Notes under the pieces: model-generated | Told to the model about the DNA's origin: nothing | Seen by the model: only the letters and a program-made list of their open reading frames with translations | Databases searched by the model: none | Part shown: positions 37,894 to 47,640 of the stretch, one piece after another | Layout: the number at the start of each line of letters is the position of its first letter | How positions within the stretch are numbered: position 1 is the stretch's first letter | Translations under genes and position numbers: made by a program | NCBI GenBank assembly: GCA_043811375.1 | Contig: JBDRNJ010000057.1 | Span: 12,452-76,451 of the forward strand | Source: a bacterium | Lineage (GTDB): Bacteria > Zixibacteria > MSB-5A5 > GN15 > FEB-12 | DNA: 64,000 nt | Direction of reading: 5' to 3'

Positions 37894-39480
37894 TCAATTG
37901 GGCATACTAGCGTCTTTTACGCGAAAGGTCAGTACCACCTCCCTGCGCTCAGGATCATAGGAAATCGATTCGAGCAACTCACGTATCATTTTGGTCTTCT
38001 CGCGCTCTACCAGCACTTCCCACAACGATCCAAACCGCGCCAGGGCATCGATCAAGTGATCCTTGTCGACAGTCTCTGATGCAACTTGATCACGTTCCAT
38101 GTCGATTTCGTTGATCCTGTGATCCAAACGGCCCAGGAGTTTTTCTGACTCTTTCAACCGTTCCCCAACCGTTGTAAGGGGCGTGTCGGAAGAGGCAATG
38201 GCCGCGACCAGACGTTCAATCTTCTCCTCGAGTCGGCACTTCTGCTCGGAGAGCCGCTCGCGATCCTGCTTCAGCTTTGTGGCATGGCGTTCTCTTCGCT
38301 TCACAGCTTCGGCAAACGCTTGCTCCCTTAGACCCGGATCTTCTCCGATACGTCCGATCATTGCCACCACATGGTTCTCGATCTCCTGTGCAGGCAGTGG
38401 CCGGGTATCACAGACTTCCCGACCTCGCTTCTGCTTTGTTGTGCAGAGGTAATAACGATAGAGCCTGTTCTGCTTCTTGGCATACGTGTGGGCCATAGCA
38501 GCACCGCAGTTTCCGCACTTCATTAGCCCCTTCAACAGTCCCATATGCGGGTAACGGGTGGCTTTCTTACCGGCATGCGTGTTCTTCCGGATCAGTGCTT
38601 GGACTTGATCGAAAACGGACATGTCAATGATAGCCGAGTGTTCGCCCGGCAATATCTGACTCTTGTGGTTTACCTGACCGTTATAGGTCACATTAGTCAG
38701 GATTCGTTGGAGTCGGGCCTTGTCGAAAGGCACCCCCTTGCGCAGGGTACCTTTCTTGGTGAGATGAGATTTTGTCTTCCAGCCTCGACGATTAGCCTCT
38801 TGGGCCACTTTCAGCATCGATTTCTTCTCTAAGTACAGGTCAAACAGACCCCGCACTATCTTGACCTCCTCCGGGTTGAGCACCAGTCGCTTGCGGTCAC
38901 GGTCGATGTCATATCCGAGCACCGGCGGCCCCCCCAGCCACTTCCCCTTGCGCCGCGCGGCACACATTTTGTCCGACGTCCTCTCCGATATTATTTCCCG
39001 CTCAAATTGAGCAAAGGACAGAAGGACGTTAAGAACCAGTCTCCCCATCGACGTTGCGGTATTGAACTGTTGTGTGATCGAGACAAACGAAACCTGGTTG
39101 ACCTCGAAGACTTCCATCAATCGGGCGAAGTCCAGAAGCGACCGGGAAAGGCGGTCTACCTTGTAGACTAGAACGCAGTCGATCCGGCCGCTCTGAATAT
39201 CAGCAAGCAATCTCAGGAGAGCCGGCCGGTCAGTATTACCACCCGTGAAGCCGCCATCATCGTACTGGTCCGACAATGGCAGCCATCCCTGTGACCGCTG
39301 GCTCTTGATGAACGCCTCACAGGCTTCTCGTTGGGCATCAAGCGTGGAGAAGTCGGAGTCCAACCCTTCGGTGGTCGACTTGCGAGTGTAGATGGCACAG
39401 CGAATTGTCTTCGCCGAAGTGAAGAGCCTCTCGATTTGCCCTCTGCCGTTATCGTGGCGTTGACTGGCAAGTGGGGTCAA
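37894..39480 (-). CDS. Large serine recombinase (resolvase + recombinase + Zn-ribbon + coiled coil)
   Basis: Catalytic YTRKST, YKVDRLSRS, FAQFEREIISER, CGNCG...YYLC...C. Confidence 0.93.
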   Translation of the reverse strand: MTPLASQRHDNGRGQIERLFTSAKTIRCAIYTRKSTTEGLDSDFSTLDAQREACEAFIKSQRSQGWLPLSDQYDDGGFTGGNTDRPALLRLLADIQSGRIDCVLVYKVDRLSRSLLDFARLMEVFEVNQVSFVSITQQFNTATSMGRLVLNVLLSFAQFEREIISERTSDKMCAARRKGKWLGGPPVLGYDIDRDRKRLVLNPEEVKIVRGLFDLYLEKKSMLKVAQEANRRGWKTKSHLTKKGTLRKGVPFDKARLQRILTNVTYNGQVNHKSQILPGEHSAIIDMSVFDQVQALIRKNTHAGKKATRYPHMGLLKGLMKCGNCGAAMAHTYAKKQNRLYRYYLCTTKQKRGREVCDTRPLPAQEIENHVVAMIGRIGEDPGLREQAFAEAVKRRERHATKLKQDRERLSEQKCRLEEKIERLVAAIASSDTPLTTVGERLKESEKLLGRLDHRINEIDMERDQVASETVDKDHLIDALARFGSLWEVLVEREKTKMIRELLESISYDPERREVVLTFRVKDASMPN

Positions 39481-39482
39481 CG

Positions 39483-39995
39483 CTACTTACTCCCTCTCTT
39501 TGTCAGTCCAAAGAACAGAAACCCATTCCAGATTGAGCCGGTGATATGTCTGGCCAGAGCCGACAGCGACCGGAACTGTTGACCGGCGTATTCAAATCCG
39601 TTCTCAAGGACCCGCACGTTGATTTTCTTGCCCTTATAAGTCTTGGTAATGGTGGTCCCGACCTTGGGCAGTCGGGGATCGGTGGCACCCAAAGGGCGAG
39701 ATTGTCGCTTCCTGGGCTGCTTCGCACTGCCTTTGGCCTTCGTGGAATTACGCACCAGCCGCTTGCGCTTCGGATTGAACTTAGATGTCAGCGCCGAGTC
39801 GGATGACCCTTTTGACTCCGCCTGCCCGCTGGCCGCCTGTAGTTTTTTGGCTATGGCAGCGTAGAGATATTTACGGCTGCGAGATTTTGACTCCTTTCCG
39901 AAGATTTTGGCGTATTCTTCCCTCAATTCTTTCAGCCCCATCTTTTGCAGAGCAGAGATGCGCTGCCAATTCTGGTTCGTCTGGTCGTCCTTCAT
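39483..39995 (-). CDS. DUF2924-family protein
   Basis: LKELREEYAKIFG...DPRLPKVGT...KTYKG...GFEYAG...SLSALARHITGSIWNGFLFFGL. ATG at 39995 follows AAGGAG. Typical partner of large serine recombinases. Confidence 0.85.
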   Translation of the reverse strand: MKDDQTNQNWQRISALQKMGLKELREEYAKIFGKESKSRSRKYLYAAIAKKLQAASGQAESKGSSDSALTSKFNPKRKRLVRNSTKAKGSAKQPRKRQSRPLGATDPRLPKVGTTITKTYKGKKINVRVLENGFEYAGQQFRSLSALARHITGSIWNGFLFFGLTKRGSK

Positions 39996-40290
39996 GCGAT
40001 AACTCCTTGTTATAAAGTCAGTTAAGTGTTGCTTGGACACCGTACTGAATCGCTGAGAATGAGGAGAAGTCAAGCGGAAAGATGGCCGATCGAGTACTTT
40101 CTGGACGCCAGAAACGGCACGTAATCCGTTGTTTATCAGGAACATGGGGCAGTCCTTGAGTGCTCGCATGTCACTAAACCAGACGGCGCCTGACCATCAG
40201 GCGGCAGGCGAACTTATACTATGTGGCAGGGAGGACTGCCGCCCGCAGGAGGTAGCAGGGACCGATCTCTATCCCGTCAAAAAAAAGCGC

Positions 40291-40319
40291 TTGACAAACG
40301 TTTTTACATTTTGTATTGT
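40291..40319 (+). promoter_or_regulatory. Sigma70-type promoter for the 40356-43379 genes
   Basis: TTGACA (40291-40296), 17 bp, TATTGT (40314-40319). Confidence 0.65.
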
Positions 40320-40355
40320 ATCCAACAGACAATTTACAAACGGAGCCCATGTATT

Positions 40356-40847
40356 ATGGATAACCTGAACAAGATTCGCGAACTCATCGATCAGATCGAT
40401 GATGCCAAGCTGGTCGATCTCATCTCTTCCCAGCGGAAACGACTTCAGCTGGCCAGGCAGGAGGTGAAGGAGGCCAAGGCGGAACTGGACTTTCTGGAGC
40501 AAGTGTTCCAGTTCAGACATGCCCGCCGGGCCGGAGACCCCATCGTGAGAATCACTGATCCCAAGGATCCTTTGCAGAAGATCGAGGCTACCGAGTTCAA
40601 GCGTGACAACATGGTCACGGCCGTCGAGAGAATCCTGACTAAGGGAAACCGCACTCTAACTGTGGACGAGATCGTGCACTGCCTGAGATTGGGCGGTTTC
40701 CCCTTCCGGGTCAAGGATCCCGCCACTTCTGTGGAAGTCGTCCTCAATCGCAATAAGGACAAATTCTTCCGAGAAGAGCCACATGTTTTCAGGCTCAGGG
40801 ATGATGGTAAGAGGGGCGAATCCACACCGGCGTCCCCTGATGAGTAG
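40356..40847 (+). CDS. Coiled-coil + winged-helix-like DNA-binding protein
   Basis: ATG at 40356 lies downstream of the promoter. N-terminal heptads are followed by AVERILTKGNRTLTVDEIVHCL...FFREEPHVFRL (wHTH-like). Confidence 0.55.
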   Translation: MDNLNKIRELIDQIDDAKLVDLISSQRKRLQLARQEVKEAKAELDFLEQVFQFRHARRAGDPIVRITDPKDPLQKIEATEFKRDNMVTAVERILTKGNRTLTVDEIVHCLRLGGFPFRVKDPATSVEVVLNRNKDKFFREEPHVFRLRDDGKRGESTPASPDE

Positions 40848-40900
40848 GGGAGCAGGCATGTGGCAGACAGTGACATTGAAAACCAAGGAAGGATTTAACA

Positions 40901-42235
40901 ATGAAAAACAGTGCAAATGACGGCGCGGCATCAGGGCGGGGCCGAAACCGCCCCAAGAAAGGTGGCCAGGAACCCGACCGAGCCCAGAACCCTGGTCTTT
41001 TCAAGGTCGAGCTGATACCGATCCAGCAACTCCGCCCTAATCCAACTAATCCGCGGCACAATGATCACGCCGTAGATGCCGTGGCCAGATCCATTCAGGC
41101 GTTCGGGTGGAACTGTCCCATCATTACGGATGCCGATTTGAATATCGCGGCTGGCCACACCCGGCTCAAGGCGGCCAAAAAACTCGGTTTCACAAAAGTC
41201 CCCGTGATTCGGGTGCCGGGGCTGGTCGGAGCGAAGCTGATCGGCTATGGCATCGCCGAAAACAAGGTCGCGGAAATAGCAGACTGGGACGAGGAGTCTC
41301 TCCAGCAGCTAATTGCTGAACTCAATGAGGACGTAGATTTTGACCTGAACGCCCTTGGTTATGATGATAACGAACTGACTAGGCTGCTGGACCAGGGATT
41401 CCCGGGCAGTTTAGAGAAGGAGGATGAAGCACCTCCTTTACCGGAGCAACCCATCACCAAAACCGGTGACCTCTGGCTGCTGGGACAACATCGATTGCTC
41501 TGCCGCGATGCTACGAAGATTGAGGATGTCCGGCAGTTAACAGATGGACAGCGCGTTGACTGCCTTCTGACCGATCCGCCATATGGTGTCAATTACAGCA
41601 GCCGAGGCCGAAAGAAACAAGCCTGGGGCGGAATCCAAAACGATAACTTGGATCCGGACCATCTGGAGAAATTCCTGGTGACAGCCTTCAAAAACGCGGC
41701 TGCAGTAAGCCGGCCGGGTGCGACTGGTTATGTTTTTCACGGAATAAGTAAGGCCGGCATTCGGATAGCCTTCGAGCGGGCCTTCCTCGGTGCCGGGTTT
41801 CAACTGGGATCGACGATCATCTGGGTGAAGCCGTCAGCGTCCATGGGCTGGGGAGACTACCGTGAGCAGCACGAACCGATTCTATATGGCTGGCTGGGCA
41901 AAGATCATCGGAGGATCAAGGACCGTACCCAGACCACCGTTTGGCAAATCGGTCGGGATGGAGATTACCGTCATCCAACTCAGAAACCGGTGGCGCTAAT
42001 ATCTCGAGCTTTGAGAAACTCCACCATCCGTGGAGAAGTAGTACTTGACCCTTTTGTAGGCTCGGGCACCACCATCATAGCCTGCGAGCAGCTAGGCCGC
42101 CGCTGTTTTGCCATGGAGGTTGACCCTCGGTATTGCGATGTCGCGGTTCAACGGTGGGAATGTTGTATGGGGAGGAAGGCTAACATGATTAGCCCCAGCA
42201 CAAAATCAGACACGGAGAACGGTAATCATGAATAA
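40901..42235 (+). CDS. ParB N-terminal domain + N4/N6 DNA methyltransferase (phage-type)
   Basis: NPRHN...AGHTRLKAA (ParB/Srx), TDPPY, HPTQKP, DPFVGSGTT. Confidence 0.9.
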   Translation: MKNSANDGAASGRGRNRPKKGGQEPDRAQNPGLFKVELIPIQQLRPNPTNPRHNDHAVDAVARSIQAFGWNCPIITDADLNIAAGHTRLKAAKKLGFTKVPVIRVPGLVGAKLIGYGIAENKVAEIADWDEESLQQLIAELNEDVDFDLNALGYDDNELTRLLDQGFPGSLEKEDEAPPLPEQPITKTGDLWLLGQHRLLCRDATKIEDVRQLTDGQRVDCLLTDPPYGVNYSSRGRKKQAWGGIQNDNLDPDHLEKFLVTAFKNAAAVSRPGATGYVFHGISKAGIRIAFERAFLGAGFQLGSTIIWVKPSASMGWGDYREQHEPILYGWLGKDHRRIKDRTQTTVWQIGRDGDYRHPTQKPVALISRALRNSTIRGEVVLDPFVGSGTTIIACEQLGRRCFAMEVDPRYCDVAVQRWECCMGRKANMISPSTKSDTENGNHE

Positions 42236-42653
42236 TCAGAATCGTTATGTGAATGAAACTGAACAGCAGAAGCAGGCCTTTGAACTCTACTACCGCCTGG
42301 GCCTGAAGCGGAAATATGCCACGGTAGGGGAGAAGTTCGGCAAATCGATCAGCACCATCAAGAACTGGTCGCGTGCCTTTAACTGGCGGCAAAGGATCGA
42401 AGAGCGCGAAGCCGAACGGATGCGAGTGGTGGGGGAATCGCCCGGCTCGGATAAGCTCCAGCTTGCGAAACGGTTGCTGGCCTTCGTACAGGGGGCCCAA
42501 GGCAGCACAATGAGGGATCTGGCTGAGGGTAAGACTAAGCCTGCCGGCAGCATGTTCTGTGATGCCCTGGAGGAGAGGATAGCTCTCGAGCCGGGTTTTG
42601 ATGAAAACAATCCTCTGCCTGTCTTCCCGATCATATACGACCCTGGCAAGTAA
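42228..42653 (+). CDS. Terminase-small-subunit-like HTH protein
   Basis: ETEQQKQAFELYY...STIKNWSRAFNWRQR. Follows a ParB-methyltransferase as in phage packaging modules. Confidence 0.55.
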   Translation: MNNQNRYVNETEQQKQAFELYYRLGLKRKYATVGEKFGKSISTIKNWSRAFNWRQRIEEREAERMRVVGESPGSDKLQLAKRLLAFVQGAQGSTMRDLAEGKTKPAGSMFCDALEERIALEPGFDENNPLPVFPIIYDPGK

Positions 42654-42746
42654 GCGAGTCATCCAATTATATTGCGCCGCTGGCCACTGGATCATCGTTG
42701 CGCGGCGCACGGCATGTGAACAACAGCGTAGCTGGCGGGAAAACCA

Positions 42747-43379
42747 ATGAATGACAACCGACCGACAGATGACTTCGGCCTCGCTGAAGGAGAGTCGAGT
42801 AGACGGGGCAGACAGCCAACCGGCAGGGTCGAGCTCAGTCACCATAAGCGAGCCTTTCAGTTCTACTGTGGCATGGGATCAAGACGGTCCTATCGAGCTG
42901 TGGCCCACAAGCTTGCAGTGTCGCACAGCACTATCAAGAACTGGTCGCGGTGGTTCCGATGGCGAGACCGCCTCCAGGAATGGGAAGCCGTGCAGACCCG
43001 GCAGATGATAGAGCAGACTGATCAACATGCACAGGACAGCCTCGATGCTAAACGAAAACTCCTCGATAGGCGGCTGGCCTGGCTGGTCAAGTGCCTGACG
43101 GAGGGCAAAATCCGCTTCTCAGCTAGCAATTTGAGGCGACTGCAATCCCTTGCGAAGCAACTGCAGCCATTGGTTGACCACTTAGAGAATCCGAGTCTAC
43201 ACGGGACAGTTATCACGTTCGCCTTAATTCCTGACAACAAGCGCGACCCAAGTATAACGCCCATACCGGAATCGCAACTCGATGACTTTAAAGCCAGTGT
43301 CCTGAGAGATCCCACGCTTTATTATGATTACAATGCCAAAAAGTGGAAAACAACGTGGAGAAGAAAGCGAGAAGAGTAA
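42747..43379 (+). CDS. Second terminase-small-subunit-like HTH protein (paralog)
   Basis: HKRAFQFY...STIKNWSRWFRWRDR. Shares the nucleotide motif AGCACYATCAAGAACTGGTCGCG with the previous gene. Confidence 0.55.
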   Translation: MNDNRPTDDFGLAEGESSRRGRQPTGRVELSHHKRAFQFYCGMGSRRSYRAVAHKLAVSHSTIKNWSRWFRWRDRLQEWEAVQTRQMIEQTDQHAQDSLDAKRKLLDRRLAWLVKCLTEGKIRFSASNLRRLQSLAKQLQPLVDHLENPSLHGTVITFALIPDNKRDPSITPIPESQLDDFKASVLRDPTLYYDYNAKKWKTTWRRKREE

Positions 43380-43390
43380 GCCGCCCGGCT

Positions 43391-43752
43391 TCACCGCCGT
43401 TTACGCTTTTCAGCCAGCGCGTTCTCATACAAGTGCAACGTCCTCAGGGTATCGTCAATGAAGTAGTGCTGCTGGCCGCGAAACTGTGAAGCGATTTCGG
43501 ACATTAGATCCGGAAACCTCCAGATAACAATGCCGGCTTCCTTAGCCTCTTTGAACACGCCATCTTCATATCCCCATGTCACTATGACCTTCTGGTAGTT
43601 CTTTCCCTTAAAGCCGTACTCCGCGAGTGTCAGGAGGACCTCGGGAGCACCGAACTTCCGGTCGGCAAAATAGCCCAGCGTATGTTGGGAATAGTCGCCC
43701 ATTTCCTGACATATCGAACGTAGGCTTCAACTATCTTTTCGGTGGTTTCCAT
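43391..43752 (-). pseudogene. Frameshifted or internally deleted gene, possibly restriction-endonuclease-like
   Basis: AGGAG RBS + ATG at 43752 gives METTEKIVEAYVRYVRKWATIPNIR, which runs to an early stop. A different frame carries TLGYFADRKFG...KVIVTWG...DDTLRTL to the stop at 43391. Confidence 0.55.
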
Positions 43753-43890
43753 ATAATCCGTTTCTCCTGTCGTATCAGATCTATGATATGCCGTATCCCG
43801 TGATCCTGGTCGTTAGCTATTATAGCGTCCTTAGTAGAGCTTCGTAAGGGGTTTTTCCATGTTCCGATTGTCGGCGTCTCGGCTGACCTT

Positions 43891-44047
43891 GAGCCCTTCC
43901 AGCACAATGCGAATCTTCTCGGAAGAGTATTCCCGCCTTGTGTGCCGACGAATCTCCTTGACCACTGACTCCGCTTTATGTATTTCTACATATATAGAGG
44001 CAAAACTAAAACGAAATAGTCGCTGTTGACTTTGGCAGGGGCGTATA
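43891..44047 (-). mobile_element. IS3-family 5' remnant (degenerate left IR + orfA fragment)
   Basis: Minus strand encodes AESVVKEIRRHTRREYSSEKIRIVLEGL, an IS3 OrfA N-terminus. Upstream TATACGCCCCTGCCAAAGTCAACA (44047-44024) resembles the IRR. Confidence 0.72.
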
Positions 44048-44226
44048 CGCTATCTGCTGTCCTGTGAATCTCTTCTTCTTCGCTGCGCTGTCCTCCTTCC
44101 AGGAACTGCCTACAGTGAGATCCTTAAGCTCATATCGGTCGAGTTTTCTGGAAAGTAGTCTCCAGTTTCAGAGTATATACGTGTCGTCACAAAACCTACA
44201 GCAGCGATGCCCTCTCTCCGTCCTCT

Positions 44227-47200
44227 CTATTTTGCCGGGAATTCACCCGACTTATCGAGATTCCACGCGTCATTCCCTGAACTAACAGGAAAGGCCGAAC
44301 CGTTCACTTTAAGAAAGCCTACGTCATAGTCAACGACAGATGTCCCATCCATCTCATTGCTTTCATGTATCCACAGCTCGAGGATTTCAGCTATCGTAGG
44401 TGCAACATCAATGATGCGCACGTTGTCCACAACGTAGTGGCTCTTGAGTAGGTGGCTGAACAGCACAAAAGTGTTGCGTGTCGTATAGAGAAATCCGTGG
44501 TGGCCAGCTTGCGGGTGAGCTTGGTTAAAGGGCTGCGGCAAATTGATCTCGGGAAGTTCAAAGAATGGTATATAGTCGACCCATTCTGGAAAGTAGTCAC
44601 CGACATCGATTGGATAGGAATCCGGCTTTGGGGGACTTCCGAATTTCTCTTTGCCGTCTGCGGACGCAACCAGCAGAACGTCGGGAAACGATTCACTGTC
44701 TACGGCACCCTTGACGAGCATGCCCAGTCTCTTGTCGGGCACAGCGAGAGCATCCTGTACGACCGCATTGCCCCATTTGTCCAGCGTAATCAGTGAGACA
44801 TTGGTTGTTTTCACCCATTTGTCCTGAACTGTGACCCACTCACGACGCAATGCGAAGAGAATTCTGCCCTCGGCATACTCCATCAGACGCTCGACTGTTT
44901 CCTGTGAATACCACCCGTACAGGCACGCCGTCCCGCCGTCACGCTCCTGTCTGTAGTACGGCGAGCCTGTGAATCTCTCGAATTCAGCTCGTACTTGCGT
45001 CGGACTAGCTTCACTTACGTCTAACCCGAAATGCTGAGAGGGAAACCACACTTTGAATTGGTCGATTTTGTCTTGCCCCCCCAGGTACTGGCCCAAGTCC
45101 TCGAGCATCCTGTCGGGCCAGCCGGCCCATTCCCAAATGTAGTCCCACTCTATATAGTTGCCGTCGGAGTAGGCTGCGGCATTACTGCCGGGATCAATCT
45201 CTGTCAGAGAGTGGTCGGATACAACCAGGACGTTCAATCGTCTCCGGACGGATTCTGGGATCGCAAGGTATAGATCGTGAAGATCAGAGTCTATCTTGTT
45301 CAGGATGTCCCAGGGATTTACGTAGTTCCCGTGTTCACCGGAGGGGCCGCCGAGATGTGCTGCTGCGTCGATGGCAGAACAGTAGATTGTCATCAGGTTT
45401 GGAAGGCCTACCCCCTCTTTCCTCCATTCCCATATATCGGATTTGGCATTACTGAACGCCACTTCATCTAAGTGTTTGTAGTAGACAGCGGGGTTGTTGT
45501 TTCCGCCCACCAGCCTATAAGCGTAGTCGTCGATAGCCGGGACCGTCCATCCGTCGTACAGATCGTTGCTTGACCAGAATTCCTCGGGGTAGTCCGGTCC
45601 GGGGTGTCTTGCTCCGATACTGAAAAAGTGATTGTAGACATGGCTGCTCTTACGGTTGTTCAGAACGTGTTGGTAGATCGTCTTGACATCTCTCTTATGA
45701 AGGTAGTGGTCCAGCGTACCGCTACCGGAACATATGTGTTGAGTGCCATTGATTGCACCGAACCACGGCGCTCCGTCGTCAAAGTGATCCCAGAATCCCA
45801 TGATACCCAGCATTATTGCGGGATCGGCCCAATTGCGCGCTACCAGACCCGTATTATCTCCCACCTTAGGCCATTCATAGTACCGGGTCGAGATGATTCC
45901 GGTACGATCCTGCCACATGCCAGTGACGAGACTGGCCATGTTGGAAATTGTGTGGGAGGGGAAGACTCCCTGAGAGTTTCTTGCAACGATACGACCTCGT
46001 CCCTCGGACACGAGCCAGAAGCCACTTTTGTTGTTGTTCTGGTGTTTATCCAGATACTCCATGAAGTGGTCGGGATGCAGGCCGTCTATTATCAGCAATA
46101 AGAGGTATTCCTGGTGGCACACCCGTACCTCCAGTGCTTCCGCACCGAGACACCCGTTCAGGGATTGAGCGATGGTCAGAACGTCACCATTATTCAAGGA
46201 CCGGATCAACCCCACTTCTGGAGGCCAATAGGCACCAAGCAGTTCGCCACCCTCGTCGCGGACTATGATCCTTGCACCGGGAACTGACTTTGTGATGAAG
46301 ATACGGTAGTCGCCCGGTTCGGGAAGCATGATCTCAGGCGCCTTCATCTCCGAGCAATCCAGGGTCGTGAAGGTCAATGGGGGACCAGTGCTCCCGGGGC
46401 ACAGCATCTGGTCAAGCTCGTAACTGCCTGTGACAAGGTCTGTGTTAGGGAACGTAAACCATGATTCGGTGGTTGACATTTGTGCCTTACTCACGAATTC
46501 GAGCTGTCCCGTCCCCGGATCGGCTCTCTTCAACGTGACCACTGCGCCGGGAACGAGACCAGATAGTCTTACCGCCGCCTGGCCCTCGTACACCTCTTCG
46601 TGTTCGAGAACTGGTTCCGGCAACTTGGGATACGGGTATGGCACTATGTCGGCCCACTCCGTCTCCGGACCAGGGTCGCCGCATATCGTCGTGCGCACCT
46701 GAGAGCGCATCCCGAGTTGGTAGGACCAATACACCTCATCGAACGGCGTCGACCAGGATTCGTTCCAATAGTGGACGTCCTGCTGGATAGTCTGCCTGTT
46801 TTCCTCGAAGTCCCCGTAATCGTCATGGGTCGCTTTCAGCCACCACTCGCGATCCGCATTGGGTGAACAGTTCTTGATTCTTGCAGCTTGACCGCATTCA
46901 TAGAGTGGGTACTCGAACCTGGGCGTTGGGCGACCGTTTGGGTAGACTTCGGAAGTTGTGTTAACCTTCCCCCAATTCGACGTGAAGTTACCCGATTCAA
47001 TCTGTACTTCCGCTCGAATCCACTGGCCCGGCACCAGCGGAGGAACCTCCAACCGGTGAAAACGCTGATACTGTACATCCGGTAGGGAGGACAAAATATC
47101 AAAAGCTGAACCATCTGGAGGTGGACTCTCACTGGTGGAAGAACTGCGCTGTACGAATACATCGGCACCAGGGATGGCACCTGAGACCAACACGTACCTC

Positions 47201-47460
47201 TGGCACTCCATCAAAGGTCCTATACGCACCGACGGTTCTGATGTGAACGTCAAATCGTCCCGGAAGTCGTCGGGAAGTGGAATGGTGCGGATGAATTCCC
47301 CTTCAGGTTCACTGTTGGATGGGTCTTGTCCGTAGCAATCAAACCATGGAAAGGCGGCGGCCACAATGGCAACTGCCAGCAGAAGCCCTCGGCCTCGCAG
47401 GCGGATTGCGGACACTTGAATAGGATCAGACAGACACTTGGAATGCACTTGGGATATCAT
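44227..47460 (-). CDS. Secreted alkaline-phosphatase-superfamily (NPP/phosphodiesterase-like) enzyme with N-terminal Ig-like repeats
   Basis: Signal-like GLLLAVAIVAAAF, LIIDGL, nucleophile Thr in FPSHT, DAAAH, SDH, GHHG, IDVAPTI. ATG at 47460 follows GGAGG. Confidence 0.78.
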   Translation of the reverse strand: MISQVHSKCLSDPIQVSAIRLRGRGLLLAVAIVAAAFPWFDCYGQDPSNSEPEGEFIRTIPLPDDFRDDLTFTSEPSVRIGPLMECQRYVLVSGAIPGADVFVQRSSSTSESPPPDGSAFDILSSLPDVQYQRFHRLEVPPLVPGQWIRAEVQIESGNFTSNWGKVNTTSEVYPNGRPTPRFEYPLYECGQAARIKNCSPNADREWWLKATHDDYGDFEENRQTIQQDVHYWNESWSTPFDEVYWSYQLGMRSQVRTTICGDPGPETEWADIVPYPYPKLPEPVLEHEEVYEGQAAVRLSGLVPGAVVTLKRADPGTGQLEFVSKAQMSTTESWFTFPNTDLVTGSYELDQMLCPGSTGPPLTFTTLDCSEMKAPEIMLPEPGDYRIFITKSVPGARIIVRDEGGELLGAYWPPEVGLIRSLNNGDVLTIAQSLNGCLGAEALEVRVCHQEYLLLLIIDGLHPDHFMEYLDKHQNNNKSGFWLVSEGRGRIVARNSQGVFPSHTISNMASLVTGMWQDRTGIISTRYYEWPKVGDNTGLVARNWADPAIMLGIMGFWDHFDDGAPWFGAINGTQHICSGSGTLDHYLHKRDVKTIYQHVLNNRKSSHVYNHFFSIGARHPGPDYPEEFWSSNDLYDGWTVPAIDDYAYRLVGGNNNPAVYYKHLDEVAFSNAKSDIWEWRKEGVGLPNLMTIYCSAIDAAAHLGGPSGEHGNYVNPWDILNKIDSDLHDLYLAIPESVRRRLNVLVVSDHSLTEIDPGSNAAAYSDGNYIEWDYIWEWAGWPDRMLEDLGQYLGGQDKIDQFKVWFPSQHFGLDVSEASPTQVRAEFERFTGSPYYRQERDGGTACLYGWYSQETVERLMEYAEGRILFALRREWVTVQDKWVKTTNVSLITLDKWGNAVVQDALAVPDKRLGMLVKGAVDSESFPDVLLVASADGKEKFGSPPKPDSYPIDVGDYFPEWVDYIPFFELPEINLPQPFNQAHPQAGHHGFLYTTRNTFVLFSHLLKSHYVVDNVRIIDVAPTIAEILELWIHESNEMDGTSVVDYDVGFLKVNGSAFPVSSGNDAWNLDKSGEFPAK

Positions 47461-47512
47461 CTCTTCCTCCTCCAATTTGAGAGTACAATCTCTTAGGCTG
47501 AAATGACCTCAT

Positions 47513-47640
47513 TGTACGTCTTCAAACAATCCGGACAATTGTAGCTAGAATCTAAGACACAGTTTGTCTGATGGCAAGGGCCTTTTTGTAGTCTCGTTTC
47601 CTCATTTTCATAGTTCATACTTTGATTCGATTTCTTTCTT
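47513..47640 (-). mobile_element. IS3-family 3' remnant (IRR + decayed end of orfB)
   Basis: TGTACGTCTTCAAACAATCCGGACA...CTAAGACACAGTTTG aligns with 63799 onward. Minus strand reads ERNRIKV*TMKMRKRDYKKALAIRQTVS*, vs QRERIKTETIRKRRESYRKAIAMRQSVS* in the 63799 copy. Confidence 0.78.
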
